A stretch of 64,000 bases of DNA from an uncultured virus (IMG/VR IMGVR_UViG_3300032167_000097) (IMGVR_UViG_3300032167_000097), one strand, 5' to 3'; shown: positions 42,898 through 53,856, counted from the first letter of the stretch. The notes: generated from the letters alone by a model not told the origin. Numbers and translations are program-made.

Positions 42898-43086
42898 TCA
42901 TACATATACCTCTAAATTATTTTCTTTTACTAACCGCTGCCATACCATTCGATTCAATCTTAAATTAATCACTATATTGTTTTTTCCATTTGTATAATAG
43001 TGATGACTTCCTTTAATCCGTACTAATCTGTACCCATTATTCAGAAGCACCCTTTCTGCTTCCCGGAACTTCACTTCTCTACACAT
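42898..43086 (-). CDS. hicA: HicA-family mRNA interferase-like protein
   Basis: KFREAERVLLNNGYRLVRIKGSHHYY; probable start 43086 with GAGG RBS. Confidence 0.75.
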   Translation of the reverse strand: MCREVKFREAERVLLNNGYRLVRIKGSHHYYTNGKNNIVINLRLNRMVWQRLVKENNLEVYV

Positions 43087-43171
43087 ATAACCACCTCTTT
43101 TCTCTTGACTTTTTCGTTTGTTAGTTTTATATTGGAGGCAGAAAGGTACATTAAGCACCTTCCTGTTTTTC

Positions 43172-43282
43172 TTATAAAAACAAATTAATCAAAATTATTA
43201 TCCAACCGAGCAAGGAAATAATTTCGATTATGAGCTTAGTTAACTGCCCACACAGTTTTCTAAGCTTTTTTATTTTCTTCAT
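43172..43282 (-). CDS. 36-aa basic/hydrophobic peptide, candidate type I toxin
   Basis: MKKIKKLRKLCGQLTKLIIEIISLLGWIIILINLFL with GGAGG RBS; below the ORF-track cutoff. Confidence 0.55.
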   Translation of the reverse strand: MKKIKKLRKLCGQLTKLIIEIISLLGWIIILINLFL

Positions 43283-44843
43283 AAAAACAAAGCCTCCATT
43301 ATAAATTTTATGGCCAGTGGGATTGCCGCCCATCTTTTTTATAATTATTCACACCAACCGTCCCAATATGGAACATAATTACCAGCAAACATACAATCAA
43401 TTACCCAATGATTATTCTCTTCATATACCTCATAATCTAATAAGTAATCACCTATCTCTTCCCACAAGATATTATCAATTTCATCGGCAATTTCTTTTGT
43501 ATCAACATTAACAATTGAACTTCCGCTTTCGCTTATTCTTACTGCATGACACATTAAATCATAAATATATTCCCTTGCTTCGCAGTCAATTGTTTTCTTA
43601 TATTCCTCAAGAACATTTTCCATATAATCTTGTTGGAATTTTGATACTTCTTCATAAAGAATTTCATATTCTTCATCGTATAATTCACGCAGCCGATCTA
43701 CGTATTTACTCATTTTCTTGTTATATTCATTTAATGTCATCTTTAATTATCCCCTTTCAAAGTAGCTTCAAAATTTCTCTTTCCCTCATCAACTAACCAA
43801 TGAGCAACATTAGTGAACTGATTGCCAACTTCTTTTACTTTGTTCTCACCGTTCTTAAACGGAATAAATCCAAAAGCATAATCTGTTACACCGTATGTAT
43901 TATCTCCATAATCTCCGGCAAGTTCTGCCAATAATGCAAGTGCTTCATAATATTTATCAACCATATCTGTTTACCTCCCATCTAATCCATCATTCCACAA
44001 TTCCAATAAATATTTGTTGCACCAATTTCCTCTAACATTCTCTTTACCTTGTCTACATGAGGTGTCCAACTGTTTTCGCCCTGCCAAGGACTACATGCTG
44101 CCATTTTGTATGGTTTACCTTTGTACTCAAAGTTCATTCCTGCTCCAAGAACACAACATCCCTTGTCTCCGGTTTCTCTACTTAATTCGTACCATGTCTC
44201 CATGATTTCTTTTAATTCCAATAACACGCCGTCTTTACCAAAGTAAATATATTCCGGCTCTGGCTTTACGTCATTAGAATAATCGGTGAACTCGATTTCC
44301 ATATCATCATTTGTTGGATAACAAGTTAAGTTCCAAGCGTCTCCAAGCTCATAATACAGATTGTATTTATCAAGAATGTCCATGAATTTCTGTTGCATCT
44401 TGTCAGAATATTCATCCCATCCATTTAATACATGATAGAAATTTCCCTCAAAACTCATACTAAGGATATGCTCTGTGTTCACACACTCAAAATAATCCAA
44501 TGGTGAAATATCTTCCTGAACATCACAGCCGAAACCAAGGAAATTCCATTCTTTATCATATTTGCTATGCCATAAGTGACGTTTGTTATTGAAGTAAATA
44601 CATACATCTCCAATTAACTCGTGTTCTTTTAAGAATTCCTCAATTTCCTTAACCAATTCCTCGATTTTAATTTTACTTAGTTTCATACAAATACCATCCT
44701 CTCATTTGTTCCATTTTCATATTCATTTATAATTTCTTGTACCATTTTCTCTTGCAATGCCTGTTCTCTTGTCTTTGTCGAACATCGAATATACCGTTCA
44801 ACATACGCTTTACTTCGTTCTGATAAATTATCCCAACTCATAA

Positions 44844-45167
44844 TCATTCCTCCTTTATCAGCTCTCCTTTTAAATACAATTTTTGTTTATAGCGTCTATG
44901 TTCTTTTACAATAGAACTCCATTCTTCCTTGTCTGGTCTGTAATCTCTCCAATGCTCTTTACATCTTGCTTTTACTTTTTCAGCCCTTTCTGGATTTACT
45001 ATCTGTCCAATCCGTGACTTACTACAACCAAACATTTCACCAAGTTGATTCCAAGAGTATAACCCGGTCTTATATAAAGACCGAATTTCCTCTTGCTGTT
45101 CCGTTGTAAGTTTTCTGCGTCTGTCTTGTGTTTCTGACAGTTTAATTTTTTCGCTTACATATGGCAT
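44844..45167 (-). CDS. HTH DNA-binding protein
   Basis: RRKLTTEQQEEIR...SWNQLGEMFGCSKSRIGQIV. Confidence 0.65.
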   Translation of the reverse strand: MPYVSEKIKLSETQDRRRKLTTEQQEEIRSLYKTGLYSWNQLGEMFGCSKSRIGQIVNPERAEKVKARCKEHWRDYRPDKEEWSSIVKEHRRYKQKLYLKGELIKEE

Positions 45168-45178
45168 GTAATTCCTCC

Positions 45179-46282
45179 TTACATATAATCAAATTCAAAA
45201 TCAATCACATCATTCATGCAAACAGTAGGATTATTCTGGAAGAATTTGAACCATGCTTCATGTTTTGTTGAAGCCCATGCCTTATCATAATCGGTTTTAC
45301 CTTCTTTGTTTGTGTATGTTACATAAATATTGACATAATCATAGTCTTCGTCATCAAAATAATCACTGTATCTGTCATAATATTTTGAATTGTAGCCACC
45401 ATAACTGTATTCATATCCATATTTATAACCATAAGCCGCTTCAACATATTCAAATTTCTCGCACTCAACTGTAAGAAGTTTAAGCACAACATTAATCGTA
45501 TTAAACATCTCATTAATATTTACTTCTTCTCCGAGAGTATGAGCGTTGTAATATCCACAACTCAGATTCACAGCAGCAACACCAGCGGCCGGAGCTAAAA
45601 TGGAAATATCTGAGAAACTTCCCCATGCTTCCTTATATCCTGTATTCTCTTCAATAAACTCTGTAAACTCAGGATTATCACATTCGTAGAACACTGCGTC
45701 ATTTCCGTTTGCTCTATCAAGTTCGATCATGTATTTTAATTCCTCAAGTTCACTAATTGATTCTGTTTTGCAGAATTTCTTTGAGCCAATGCCTCCGGTT
45801 TCTTCATCTTCACAGAAAAGAATATATGGTTTGCTTTCTGACTGACGAATAATTTCAAGAATCATGTAGATTCCACAACGATCATCTCCTCCAATTCCTT
45901 GAGGAGATGAGAGAACATATTCTTTCTTCTCATTTATATATTCATAGAAATCCTGCACTGTGTTTGCATGTACTGTATCCATGTGAGCAGTTAACAATAC
46001 TGGCAAATCTCCCTTTGCGTAGATGTAACCATCTCCTATAATTACATCTGTATAACCATTACTTATTAGTTCATAAGGGAGCTTGTCTTTCAATTCTTCC
46101 TGCGTGTATTTACACAGTTTTACAAATTCCGGGAACTCTGTCTGATTTTTTCTTCCTTTATATACATAAGACTTCTTTGTTATATTTGATAAAGAACCAA
46201 AATTACTAATACTGCTCGTTGTGCCTTTCGTAACTCTCTTTGTATAATTTTGTTTAGTTTTCTTCTTGCTTTTATTTTTCAT
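45179..46282 (-). CDS. M20/M28-like zinc peptidase
   Basis: LLTAHMDTV, GIGGDDRCG, EDEETG, ELDR, NLSCGYYNAH. Confidence 0.8.
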   Translation of the reverse strand: MKNKSKKKTKQNYTKRVTKGTTSSISNFGSLSNITKKSYVYKGRKNQTEFPEFVKLCKYTQEELKDKLPYELISNGYTDVIIGDGYIYAKGDLPVLLTAHMDTVHANTVQDFYEYINEKKEYVLSSPQGIGGDDRCGIYMILEIIRQSESKPYILFCEDEETGGIGSKKFCKTESISELEELKYMIELDRANGNDAVFYECDNPEFTEFIEENTGYKEAWGSFSDISILAPAAGVAAVNLSCGYYNAHTLGEEVNINEMFNTINVVLKLLTVECEKFEYVEAAYGYKYGYEYSYGGYNSKYYDRYSDYFDDEDYDYVNIYVTYTNKEGKTDYDKAWASTKHEAWFKFFQNNPTVCMNDVIDFEFDYM

Positions 46283-46283
46283 A

Positions 46284-48449
46284 TTAAACTGCCTCCTCTT
46301 CCATATTTGCTGCAACTTCATCTTCGCAGTCTACACAACAATCCTGTTCATCATTCCAATCATCTACATGAACGTGTGTTTCGCAATGCTCACAATAATA
46401 AACTTCATCTTCCGGATACCAGTTCCCATCGTCTAACCCTATATATCCTGCATTAGAAGCGCAATCACAGCAACAGAAATGTCTTCCATCTTCTGTTTCT
46501 ATATGTTCATCTCTTCTTGAATGTATACAGTGCCACTCATCACAATATTCGCAAAAGTAGAAATCTGCGTAGTCAAGTGCGTCATCGCATACTCTTCCAT
46601 AATCTTCAATATATGTTGATTCGCCAACTTCCCATTCTTCGTGGTATTCACAGTAGAAACAACAATCTTCGCAATACCATTCTCCGTCTATATAGTGCAT
46701 ATCTTCATCATCACCTCTGCAACCGCAATCATAACACACTTTTCCGTCTTCATAACAATCCCTGCACTCAATTGCTTCTGCCCAACTATGTGAGTATCCA
46801 CAGTTAGGACAGATTGGATCGTGGCCAACTGTAATAATTTCTCTGTTAATCTCATCTGTTCCTTCTGTTTTCAGATAAGACACATTACAATCACTAAAAT
46901 TTGTGTAGTCTCTGTAATGAGTTCCTTCTGAATAAATCATGTCATCACACTCACTAGTACCTTTTACATTCTTCCACATATTAGGAGCACCAAGACAATC
47001 TGATATTACTTTCTGTGCAATTTCACGAATCTGCTTATAAATACCGGTTTCTCCATCAGTTGCTTGAGGATATACACGAGCCTGAATAAGTTTATCTTCT
47101 CCCATGTGGAACATGTTTCTGTTAATCTTATCCTGTAACTCAAGCTTGTTTCCGTTGTATTCTTTATCTACTGTATAGAACACGAATGAACTTCCGTCTA
47201 ACATGTAAGACATAGTACCTGAAGAGTAACAGCCAGAATAATCATTCGGCATACCTCTTTTATTTGATTTGTCAATTGTGTGACAAGAAGCCCAGCTGTT
47301 TCCGAATGACATTGTAAAGTAATCAATCGGATGTAAAGACAAGATGGTATGTCTCTTAATGGTAAGAGGATTGATTGTATCTGAGAACTTTGCAAATTCT
47401 CTGTTCCAAGACGCATCTTTATCAATGCCTGCGAGTTTTGCTACTTTTCCCACAATTCTGCTTACCTTCTGTCCTGCAACTGCTTTAACAGATGGGAACC
47501 AACCGTTGACTCTCTCTGCGAACTCTTCCGTTGCAAGCTGTTCTCTGTTCTCATATAACAAATCCGAAAAACTGACAATGTTATTTTTAAGTTGTAACTG
47601 TTCATAATCATAAGAATGATAGTCTGTAAGGTATACAATACCTTTGTTTTCTGCATCCTTATATTCTTTAATTTTACTGTCCCATTTTAAATACTCTGCA
47701 TAAATTCGATCCTGTTCTGCTTTTGAAATATGGTATCCATTTTCATCAAGAGAATTAAATGCTCTGCGAATATAAATAAGTCTTTGATAATACTTAATTA
47801 TTTCACGATAAGAGAATACCCCAATCTGTTTTTCTTTAAGAAGCAATTCTGTCGCTGTGTTTGACAGGTATCTTCGGAAATCATTTAAGATTCCTTTATC
47901 ACAACTTCTTGCGAAGTCTGTATCGAATGCAATCTGGAATTTTCCGTTATAATTCGGATGCTGCTTAAACAAATTAATCAACCAACCCTTGTTTTTTACC
48001 CATTCGTCAATAATCTTATCCACTGCATCTTCCGTTGGATTGTAATCATATTCTTCTAACAACTCCATAATGTCTGTCCGGAGAGTTTCTCTTTCCTCAT
48101 CCGTAAGTTCATATGCTCCGTATTTTTCTTTATTCATTCTTAATCCCATTTTTTCTTCCTCCATAATTTCATCACTTTTAATTTTGCTCAGTTCTTCTGC
48201 TGTATAACCAGATACTAACGTGGCATTCGGGTAAATACTTATAAATTTTTCATAGCTACATGGCTCAAAACGCTCAATATCTACTGGAGTGTTTGTGCAT
48301 CTATCCCCATAATTGTGCGCAACAATTGTCACCCTCATCCTTTCCGTGTTTAAGACTTCATCAACGATACACAACGCCTCTTCTGTTGTATATGAGTATT
48401 TTCCTCTCGTTCTTTTTGTTCCTCTTACTAACATTCCCTTCTTTAACAT
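46284..48449 (-). CDS. Large hypothetical protein with Cys-rich repeated C-terminus
   Basis: 721 aa; WASCH motif; many CxxC/CxxH units in the last ~180 aa. Confidence 0.7.
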   Translation of the reverse strand: MLKKGMLVRGTKRTRGKYSYTTEEALCIVDEVLNTERMRVTIVAHNYGDRCTNTPVDIERFEPCSYEKFISIYPNATLVSGYTAEELSKIKSDEIMEEEKMGLRMNKEKYGAYELTDEERETLRTDIMELLEEYDYNPTEDAVDKIIDEWVKNKGWLINLFKQHPNYNGKFQIAFDTDFARSCDKGILNDFRRYLSNTATELLLKEKQIGVFSYREIIKYYQRLIYIRRAFNSLDENGYHISKAEQDRIYAEYLKWDSKIKEYKDAENKGIVYLTDYHSYDYEQLQLKNNIVSFSDLLYENREQLATEEFAERVNGWFPSVKAVAGQKVSRIVGKVAKLAGIDKDASWNREFAKFSDTINPLTIKRHTILSLHPIDYFTMSFGNSWASCHTIDKSNKRGMPNDYSGCYSSGTMSYMLDGSSFVFYTVDKEYNGNKLELQDKINRNMFHMGEDKLIQARVYPQATDGETGIYKQIREIAQKVISDCLGAPNMWKNVKGTSECDDMIYSEGTHYRDYTNFSDCNVSYLKTEGTDEINREIITVGHDPICPNCGYSHSWAEAIECRDCYEDGKVCYDCGCRGDDEDMHYIDGEWYCEDCCFYCEYHEEWEVGESTYIEDYGRVCDDALDYADFYFCEYCDEWHCIHSRRDEHIETEDGRHFCCCDCASNAGYIGLDDGNWYPEDEVYYCEHCETHVHVDDWNDEQDCCVDCEDEVAANMEEEAV

Positions 48450-48711
48450 TATTTTTTCTCCTTCCTTTTGTTTAATTTTGAATAGTTAAAAGTAGAATTT
48501 TATTTAGTAATACTTTTCAATACAATATCCACCACGATTAAACCAACACATTGCAGAATTTATATCATAAAATCTACAAGCCTTTGATTTATCTTCTGTA
48601 TAAAGTGGATTGCCATATTTATCTACACCAGATACATAAATGAATTTTCCATTTTGCATTTTATGTACTATCCAACATCCCATATTGTTTCCTCCTTATC
48701 AAATGAAACTT

Positions 48712-50712
48712 TTATCCATAATACTCTGTTTCAAATTCAAAACGAATTTCATAATCATTTTCGCCATCATAAAGTTCACATGTGCCAACACAATCACTAA
48801 AAGTATCTTCATTGCATAATTTCAAATTCTCTTCACTATCATTTACCGGATAAATACCAACTATAAATTCTGTTCCCATTCGTAGCAGCTCGGCTATTCT
48901 CTTAATAGGGAACATCTCATCAACTTCTTCTTCGGATAAATCATACAAGTCAATTTCACTTCCATTTGTATTGTTATATAAAACCCACGGAATTAAATCA
49001 CCCTTACATCGACAATCTAAACTGTTAGGATCATAGTCAATGTCTCCATGAATGTCTAATGTCAATTCAAAGTTTTGTCTATCTTCCGCATAAGATACCT
49101 TTAACCAGTCGGGTGTATATCCTATATTGTTTTTACTTTTTGCGTTTAGATATAATCTCATATCTCTTACCTCCGTTTAATCAAATATAATTTTTATTTA
49201 CCATTCTTTTTGTTCTGCAAGTAAGTCTTCAAGATATGAAACATCATCCATCAAAATTATTTCATCATCCGTTTCCATTAACATTCCAAATTCTGTTCCG
49301 GTAACAGACAAGGTATAATGATCAGGAACATACATAAGCATTTTCTTTAACTCTCCTACATTTGTTGCAGTTAATCCTAAAGACTCTCCGTTTATTGTTA
49401 CTGGTTTCCACATAAAACATATCTCCTTTCATCAAATACAAATTTTATCTATCAACTTCTTTTGCAATTTTATTTTTATGCTCATTATAATAGTCTTCTG
49501 TGTACCAACAATAACAAAAATCAAGGTCTTCATATTGTTTTACTTCAACAATTTCAAAATTATCTTTCGTTATATCATTTCTGTACCAACCACTATCTAA
49601 TATGGTTTCAATATGATTTTCTGCATCTTTAATTGTTTCAAAAGTGTTATCCTTAATAAAAGAACCATTTTTACTCATAATGCCTGTACAATCGTTCCAG
49701 ATATATCCTAAACATTTTTCTTTCTCATCAACACATTTAATTATAAATCTAATATACTGTTCTTCACATTTACTTTGATAACCTTGTTCAAAAATTTCTT
49801 TATATAAGTTTTTTCCATCTTCTGAAATTCTAAAGTTATCATAGTCATCACAATGAGTACATTCACAAGGATGTTTGTGATAATTCTTACACAGTAGACA
49901 ATTTTTAATTACTTTTTTGCCTTTATAAGTCATCTTAATCTCCTTTCGACCATCAAACACGAATTTGATTATCATTATTAATCATCTGTTTTTTTGAAAT
50001 ACCAGGGATATGTATACTTTTCAAAACCTTCTCTTATAATATCAATAACATAATTCAAAGTTTCATCCTTTGAAATATATTCATAATTTAATGGTGCAAT
50101 CGAAGACACATCAAACGCCTCGCATATATATAAAGGTTTGCGTTCTTTGAGCCTATTTTCTGCTTCTTTTTTACTTATTCTTTTATATTGTTCGTGGACT
50201 TCATTTATCTTCATAATAACCTCTCTTTAAAGCCTCTAATTCTGAATAAAGGCTTTTCGTTTCTTCGTACACTTGTTCAAAAAGGTCTTGAAGTCTTTTG
50301 GCTACACCTAATTCAACATCTTCCCTATTTACAACCAATGTTCCGCAATCAGGGCAACATAAACAATCTTCGTCACTGTCAAGTGCCAAAGTTATTTTAC
50401 CTGCGTCAAAATCGTTCTCCCATTTGCATTTACAAACAGGACATTCTGTTGTTTTTTCATAAATTAAGTATTTCATTATTTTTTCTCCTTCTCTTAATAA
50501 AATGTTGGTTTGGTTTATAGTTCTTTAAATTTAATTTTTCTTCCACAATAAGGGCAAAACTTTAAAAAGTGTTCTTGCTCTGTACTTCCAAAATGAAAAG
50601 CGTCCTTATATTTTATATTAGGTTGACAATCCATTTTTTTATACTTTACCCATCTAGTAGCATCGTTCAAATTACTAATTGTAATTTTCCATTGACAATA
50701 CTCTTCCATCAT
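48712..50712 (-). other. Array of short hypothetical genes (accessory array 3)
   Basis: ORFs separated by motif A at 48486-50497. Confidence 0.8.
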
Positions 50713-51184
50713 ACTTTTAATCTCCTTTCATACGATAAAATGTAAACACTACTTACCAACCAAAATGATTGAGAATATGAGTAATTTGTGCATTTGCTAA
50801 TTTAACCTTTTCTTTATCTGGTTCAGCACCCTCTCTGTCAGATATATAAGTATTCTTTTCTGCTTGAAGTAAAGTAGATTTAATAAATTCAAAATCTTCC
50901 ATTGACATATTAATTGTTATATTTACCATAATTTTTAATTTCCTTTCTTTATATAATTTTCAATTAAATATTTACCTAATCTAGCTTCATCTTTTGTGGA
51001 TGTATAAATATCACAGATACCACAATCTCCAGAAACACAATTATTGCAAACAGTTTTCATTTTTGATAATTTCATAGCAATATATTCGGCTTCTCTTTTA
51101 TCAGAAATAGGTTTTAAATTCCACCAAACATAATCAAAATCATTATTACTCATAAAGAAAAACTCCTTATTTTTTTATATTTTT

Positions 51185-51213
51185 ATTATAACACTCATAT
51201 TATAATTTGTAAA
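51185..51213 (-). promoter_or_regulatory. SigmaA promoter
   Basis: TTTACA-N17-TATAAT with TG extension and upstream A tract. Confidence 0.7.
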
Positions 51214-51252
51214 CAAATTTTTTAATAATATTATAAAAAATCCTATTACCTT

Positions 51253-51627
51253 TTATTCTTTTTCAAAATAAAAAGTAATAGGCTCAATATGTTCTTCTAT
51301 CAATCCATATTTTAATGCTAATCTATATTGAAAAGTCTTCTGTAAATTAAACATAAGTGTTGTAGTTAATCTATTTCTAAAAGTTTCTAAATCCATAGTA
51401 GATTTATAGAAATTACATTGTCTACAAGTAGGTAAAAGGTTATCCAAAGCGTACATTTCTTCTTCTGTCATATAAGAATGTATGTCAGAGTTTACATATA
51501 CAGACTTAATATGGTCTATTTGCATATCTTTATATTCTAAATCACAACCACAATAAGCACATTTATGATTATATTTATCATAAACTAATAATCTAGTTTT
51601 CTTTGGAATTGCTTTATGTTTTGACAT
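51253..51627 (-). CDS. HNH endonuclease
   Basis: CAYCG...QIDHI...NLLPTCRQCNFYK. Confidence 0.88.
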   Translation of the reverse strand: MSKHKAIPKKTRLLVYDKYNHKCAYCGCDLEYKDMQIDHIKSVYVNSDIHSYMTEEEMYALDNLLPTCRQCNFYKSTMDLETFRNRLTTTLMFNLQKTFQYRLALKYGLIEEHIEPITFYFEKE

Positions 51628-53286
51628 TTTCTCAACTTTCCCCTCTGATTAGATTTAAAATATAATCATAAGATAATTCATAATATTCGCACTCTGCAAA
51701 TTTATCTTCAAAAAATCGCTTTTTGTCAAAGTTGTCAATATGTGGACATCTAGTAAACATATTTTGATTTAACTCACAATACATACAACAATTATCCTTA
51801 TTTTGACAATAATCACTTAATTGTTTCCACTTATCCATATTTAATTCTCCTACATATCTATATTTTCATATAAAATAAGTTCATTATCAGTAATTTCTAA
51901 ATGATTTTCTTCCTTACCAATAAATTTATGATACTGTGTTAATTCTAATTTCATTTCTTTAACCAATTTTTTCATTTCATTTTCAGCCAATTTATCAGAA
52001 TATGTAATTTTTATTTTAGTATTATCACTCACTAAATCCCAAGTAATTATATTCTTTTGGGAAATATATATTGCATTTAAAATATTCAATAAATTATGAT
52101 TATTTATGACTTCTTTATCATTGATATTCATAAACTGTGGTAATTCAATTCCTAATAAATATATTAAATCTGTTAAAGTAGCATTAGTATTTTTAACAAT
52201 ATCATAATATTCTGTTATTTTTTTATTACCACCAACTAATATATCTTCCATATCACAAGTATAAACATCAAGAGTTATTTTAGATGCAAATACAATAAAT
52301 AAACCCAATGAAAAAGGTATTATAGTAGTACAATTCAAACCATAAATAATTAATACTAATCCAATAATAATAAATCCATATGTAATTATTGAAAATCTAG
52401 TTCTCCTTTTCTTATAATCCATACATAATTCTAAATTTTTTAATAGTTCATTCTTCTTATCTTCATAAAAATTACTTGATGTATTATTTATAATTTTCAT
52501 ATAATCACTCCTTTACTAACATACTAGATAAATGGTTTGCTTTATCTAATCCTAATTCAATTAGAGTTTTCATTTGTGCGTCAGTAATGGTATAATTACC
52601 ACCAACATAAACACTATATTCATTATCAAATAAGGATTTATAAATTTTACACCAACCGTGTTCTTCTAAATATCTTTCTGGATTATCTGTATCAATCATA
52701 CCAAAACAAATTTCACTTGCTAAATTGATATGTCCTTGATAACCACAATGAAAATATTTTCCTGTTGGAGAAATCCAACCATATTTTGTTTTAAAATTAT
52801 TAGATTTCTTTTCTTCAATTTCTGTAAGGGTGTCTTTAAGTTCGTCTTTTACTTTTGGTTTAACATATTTTGTACCAAAATCTTCATAGAAATTATAAAA
52901 ATCAACTCTATCACTTTTATGTGTCTGTGCCCAAAGCCAAATTCCACCTAAAATTGATGATGTAGGTATAATAAAAATTGTATGTTTATCAACTTTATTA
53001 TTCATAAGTAAATTCATAAGTAAGGCATCTCTATCCTTATCTTTTACCATATCCCATTTTTTAGTTCTATTTTCTTTCCAACAAACTAATGTATACATAA
53101 TAGCACCGTCCTTATAATAAACCCTCAAACATTTTTAATAGTCTATAAGTTCCATCAGCATTTGACTGTTTACAATTTACAGCATTTCCGTCATCGTCTG
53201 TCATCTTATGCCATTGATGGTATAATGCTGTATGAATTTGTTTAATTTGTGTTTTTGTTAATTTAATCTCTATTTTCTCGTCCATT

Positions 53287-53520
53287 TTATTCTCCTTTTA
53301 ATTCATTTGGTTTTTCTATATAACACCAATGAGTGATTTGTGATAAATCTGCAATAAGACCGTCTTTATGAAAATGGTCTGTAAAATATGCTATTTCAAT
53401 ATCACAATTTTCAAAACTTGATACTTTACGAGTGGTACATACTAAAATCTTTTGAATACGACCATTATCTTTTGGTAATCCGTCTTCTATTTTTACCCAA
53501 TCAAATTTCATTATAATCAC
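53287..53520 (-). CDS. DUF551-like phage protein
   Basis: WVKIEDGLP...ITHW. Confidence 0.6.
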   Translation of the reverse strand: MIIMKFDWVKIEDGLPKDNGRIQKILVCTTRKVSSFENCDIEIAYFTDHFHKDGLIADLSQITHWCYIEKPNELKGE

Positions 53521-53523
53521 TCC

Positions 53524-53856
53524 TTAATCTTCTTCCCATAATAAATTTACATTACATAAACAACAATTACTTTCTCCCCTATGTACTTGATGTTTATTTC
53601 CTAACGCATCACATACAGGACAAGAATATTTAATATATTGATTATTAGGCATATAATGATGTGCAATAGGTTTAACCCTTGTAAATCTTTTATGTGTAGG
53701 TAAATTTTCTCCCTCTTCTTCTCCGTCTACCTTACCATCAATTACAGTAGGTTGTAAATCTAATTCATCATATAACATTCTTTTTCTCATACCATCAGTT
53801 TCTAATAACCAATTAGGTGTATTTGCTTTCATTCTATCAGCGTCAATAACTCTCAT
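53524..53856 (-). CDS. Zn-ribbon phage protein (paralog of 40842..41174)
   Basis: 91/110 identical residues by manual alignment. Confidence 0.75.
   Translation of the reverse strand: MRVIDADRMKANTPNWLLETDGMRKRMLYDELDLQPTVIDGKVDGEEEGENLPTHKRFTRVKPIAHHYMPNNQYIKYSCPVCDALGNKHQVHRGESNCCLCNVNLLWEED

Larger units (their letters stand above)
37031..44686 (-). other. Array of short hypothetical phage genes (accessory array 2)
   Basis: Tandem minus-strand ORFs; those in 37.5-42.6 kb mostly delimited by motif A. Confidence 0.8.
7365..48487 (-). promoter_or_regulatory. Motif B: dispersed co-oriented 17-bp element, + strand TWTAATTTYRNNYAGTW, candidate repressor operator
   Basis: 21 copies starting at 7365,12546,13629,13694,15259,19229,20058,24733,25977,28052,28144,30418,30517,30866,33110,34985,39782,44666,46243,48177,48471; several flank sigmaA promoters. 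Confidence 0.8.
270..50514. repeat. Motif A: dispersed 18-bp dyad A(T/C)(A/C)AAA-N6-TTT(T/G)(A/G)T at gene junctions
   Basis: Starts at 270,497,733,1186,1399,2106,2636,2818,3280,4037,4541,4883,5746,6188,6652,7097,7567,37492,37562,38852,39040,39805,40267,40822,41190,41458,41768,42014,42266,42588,48486,48698,49180,49431,49952,50497; degenerate copies at 4245,5338,38366,54994,63010. Confidence 0.9.

Noticed and set aside
40842..53856. Diversity-generating retroelement TR/VR pair
   Set aside because: Both copies are full genes with scattered, largely conservative changes; no reverse transcriptase in the window
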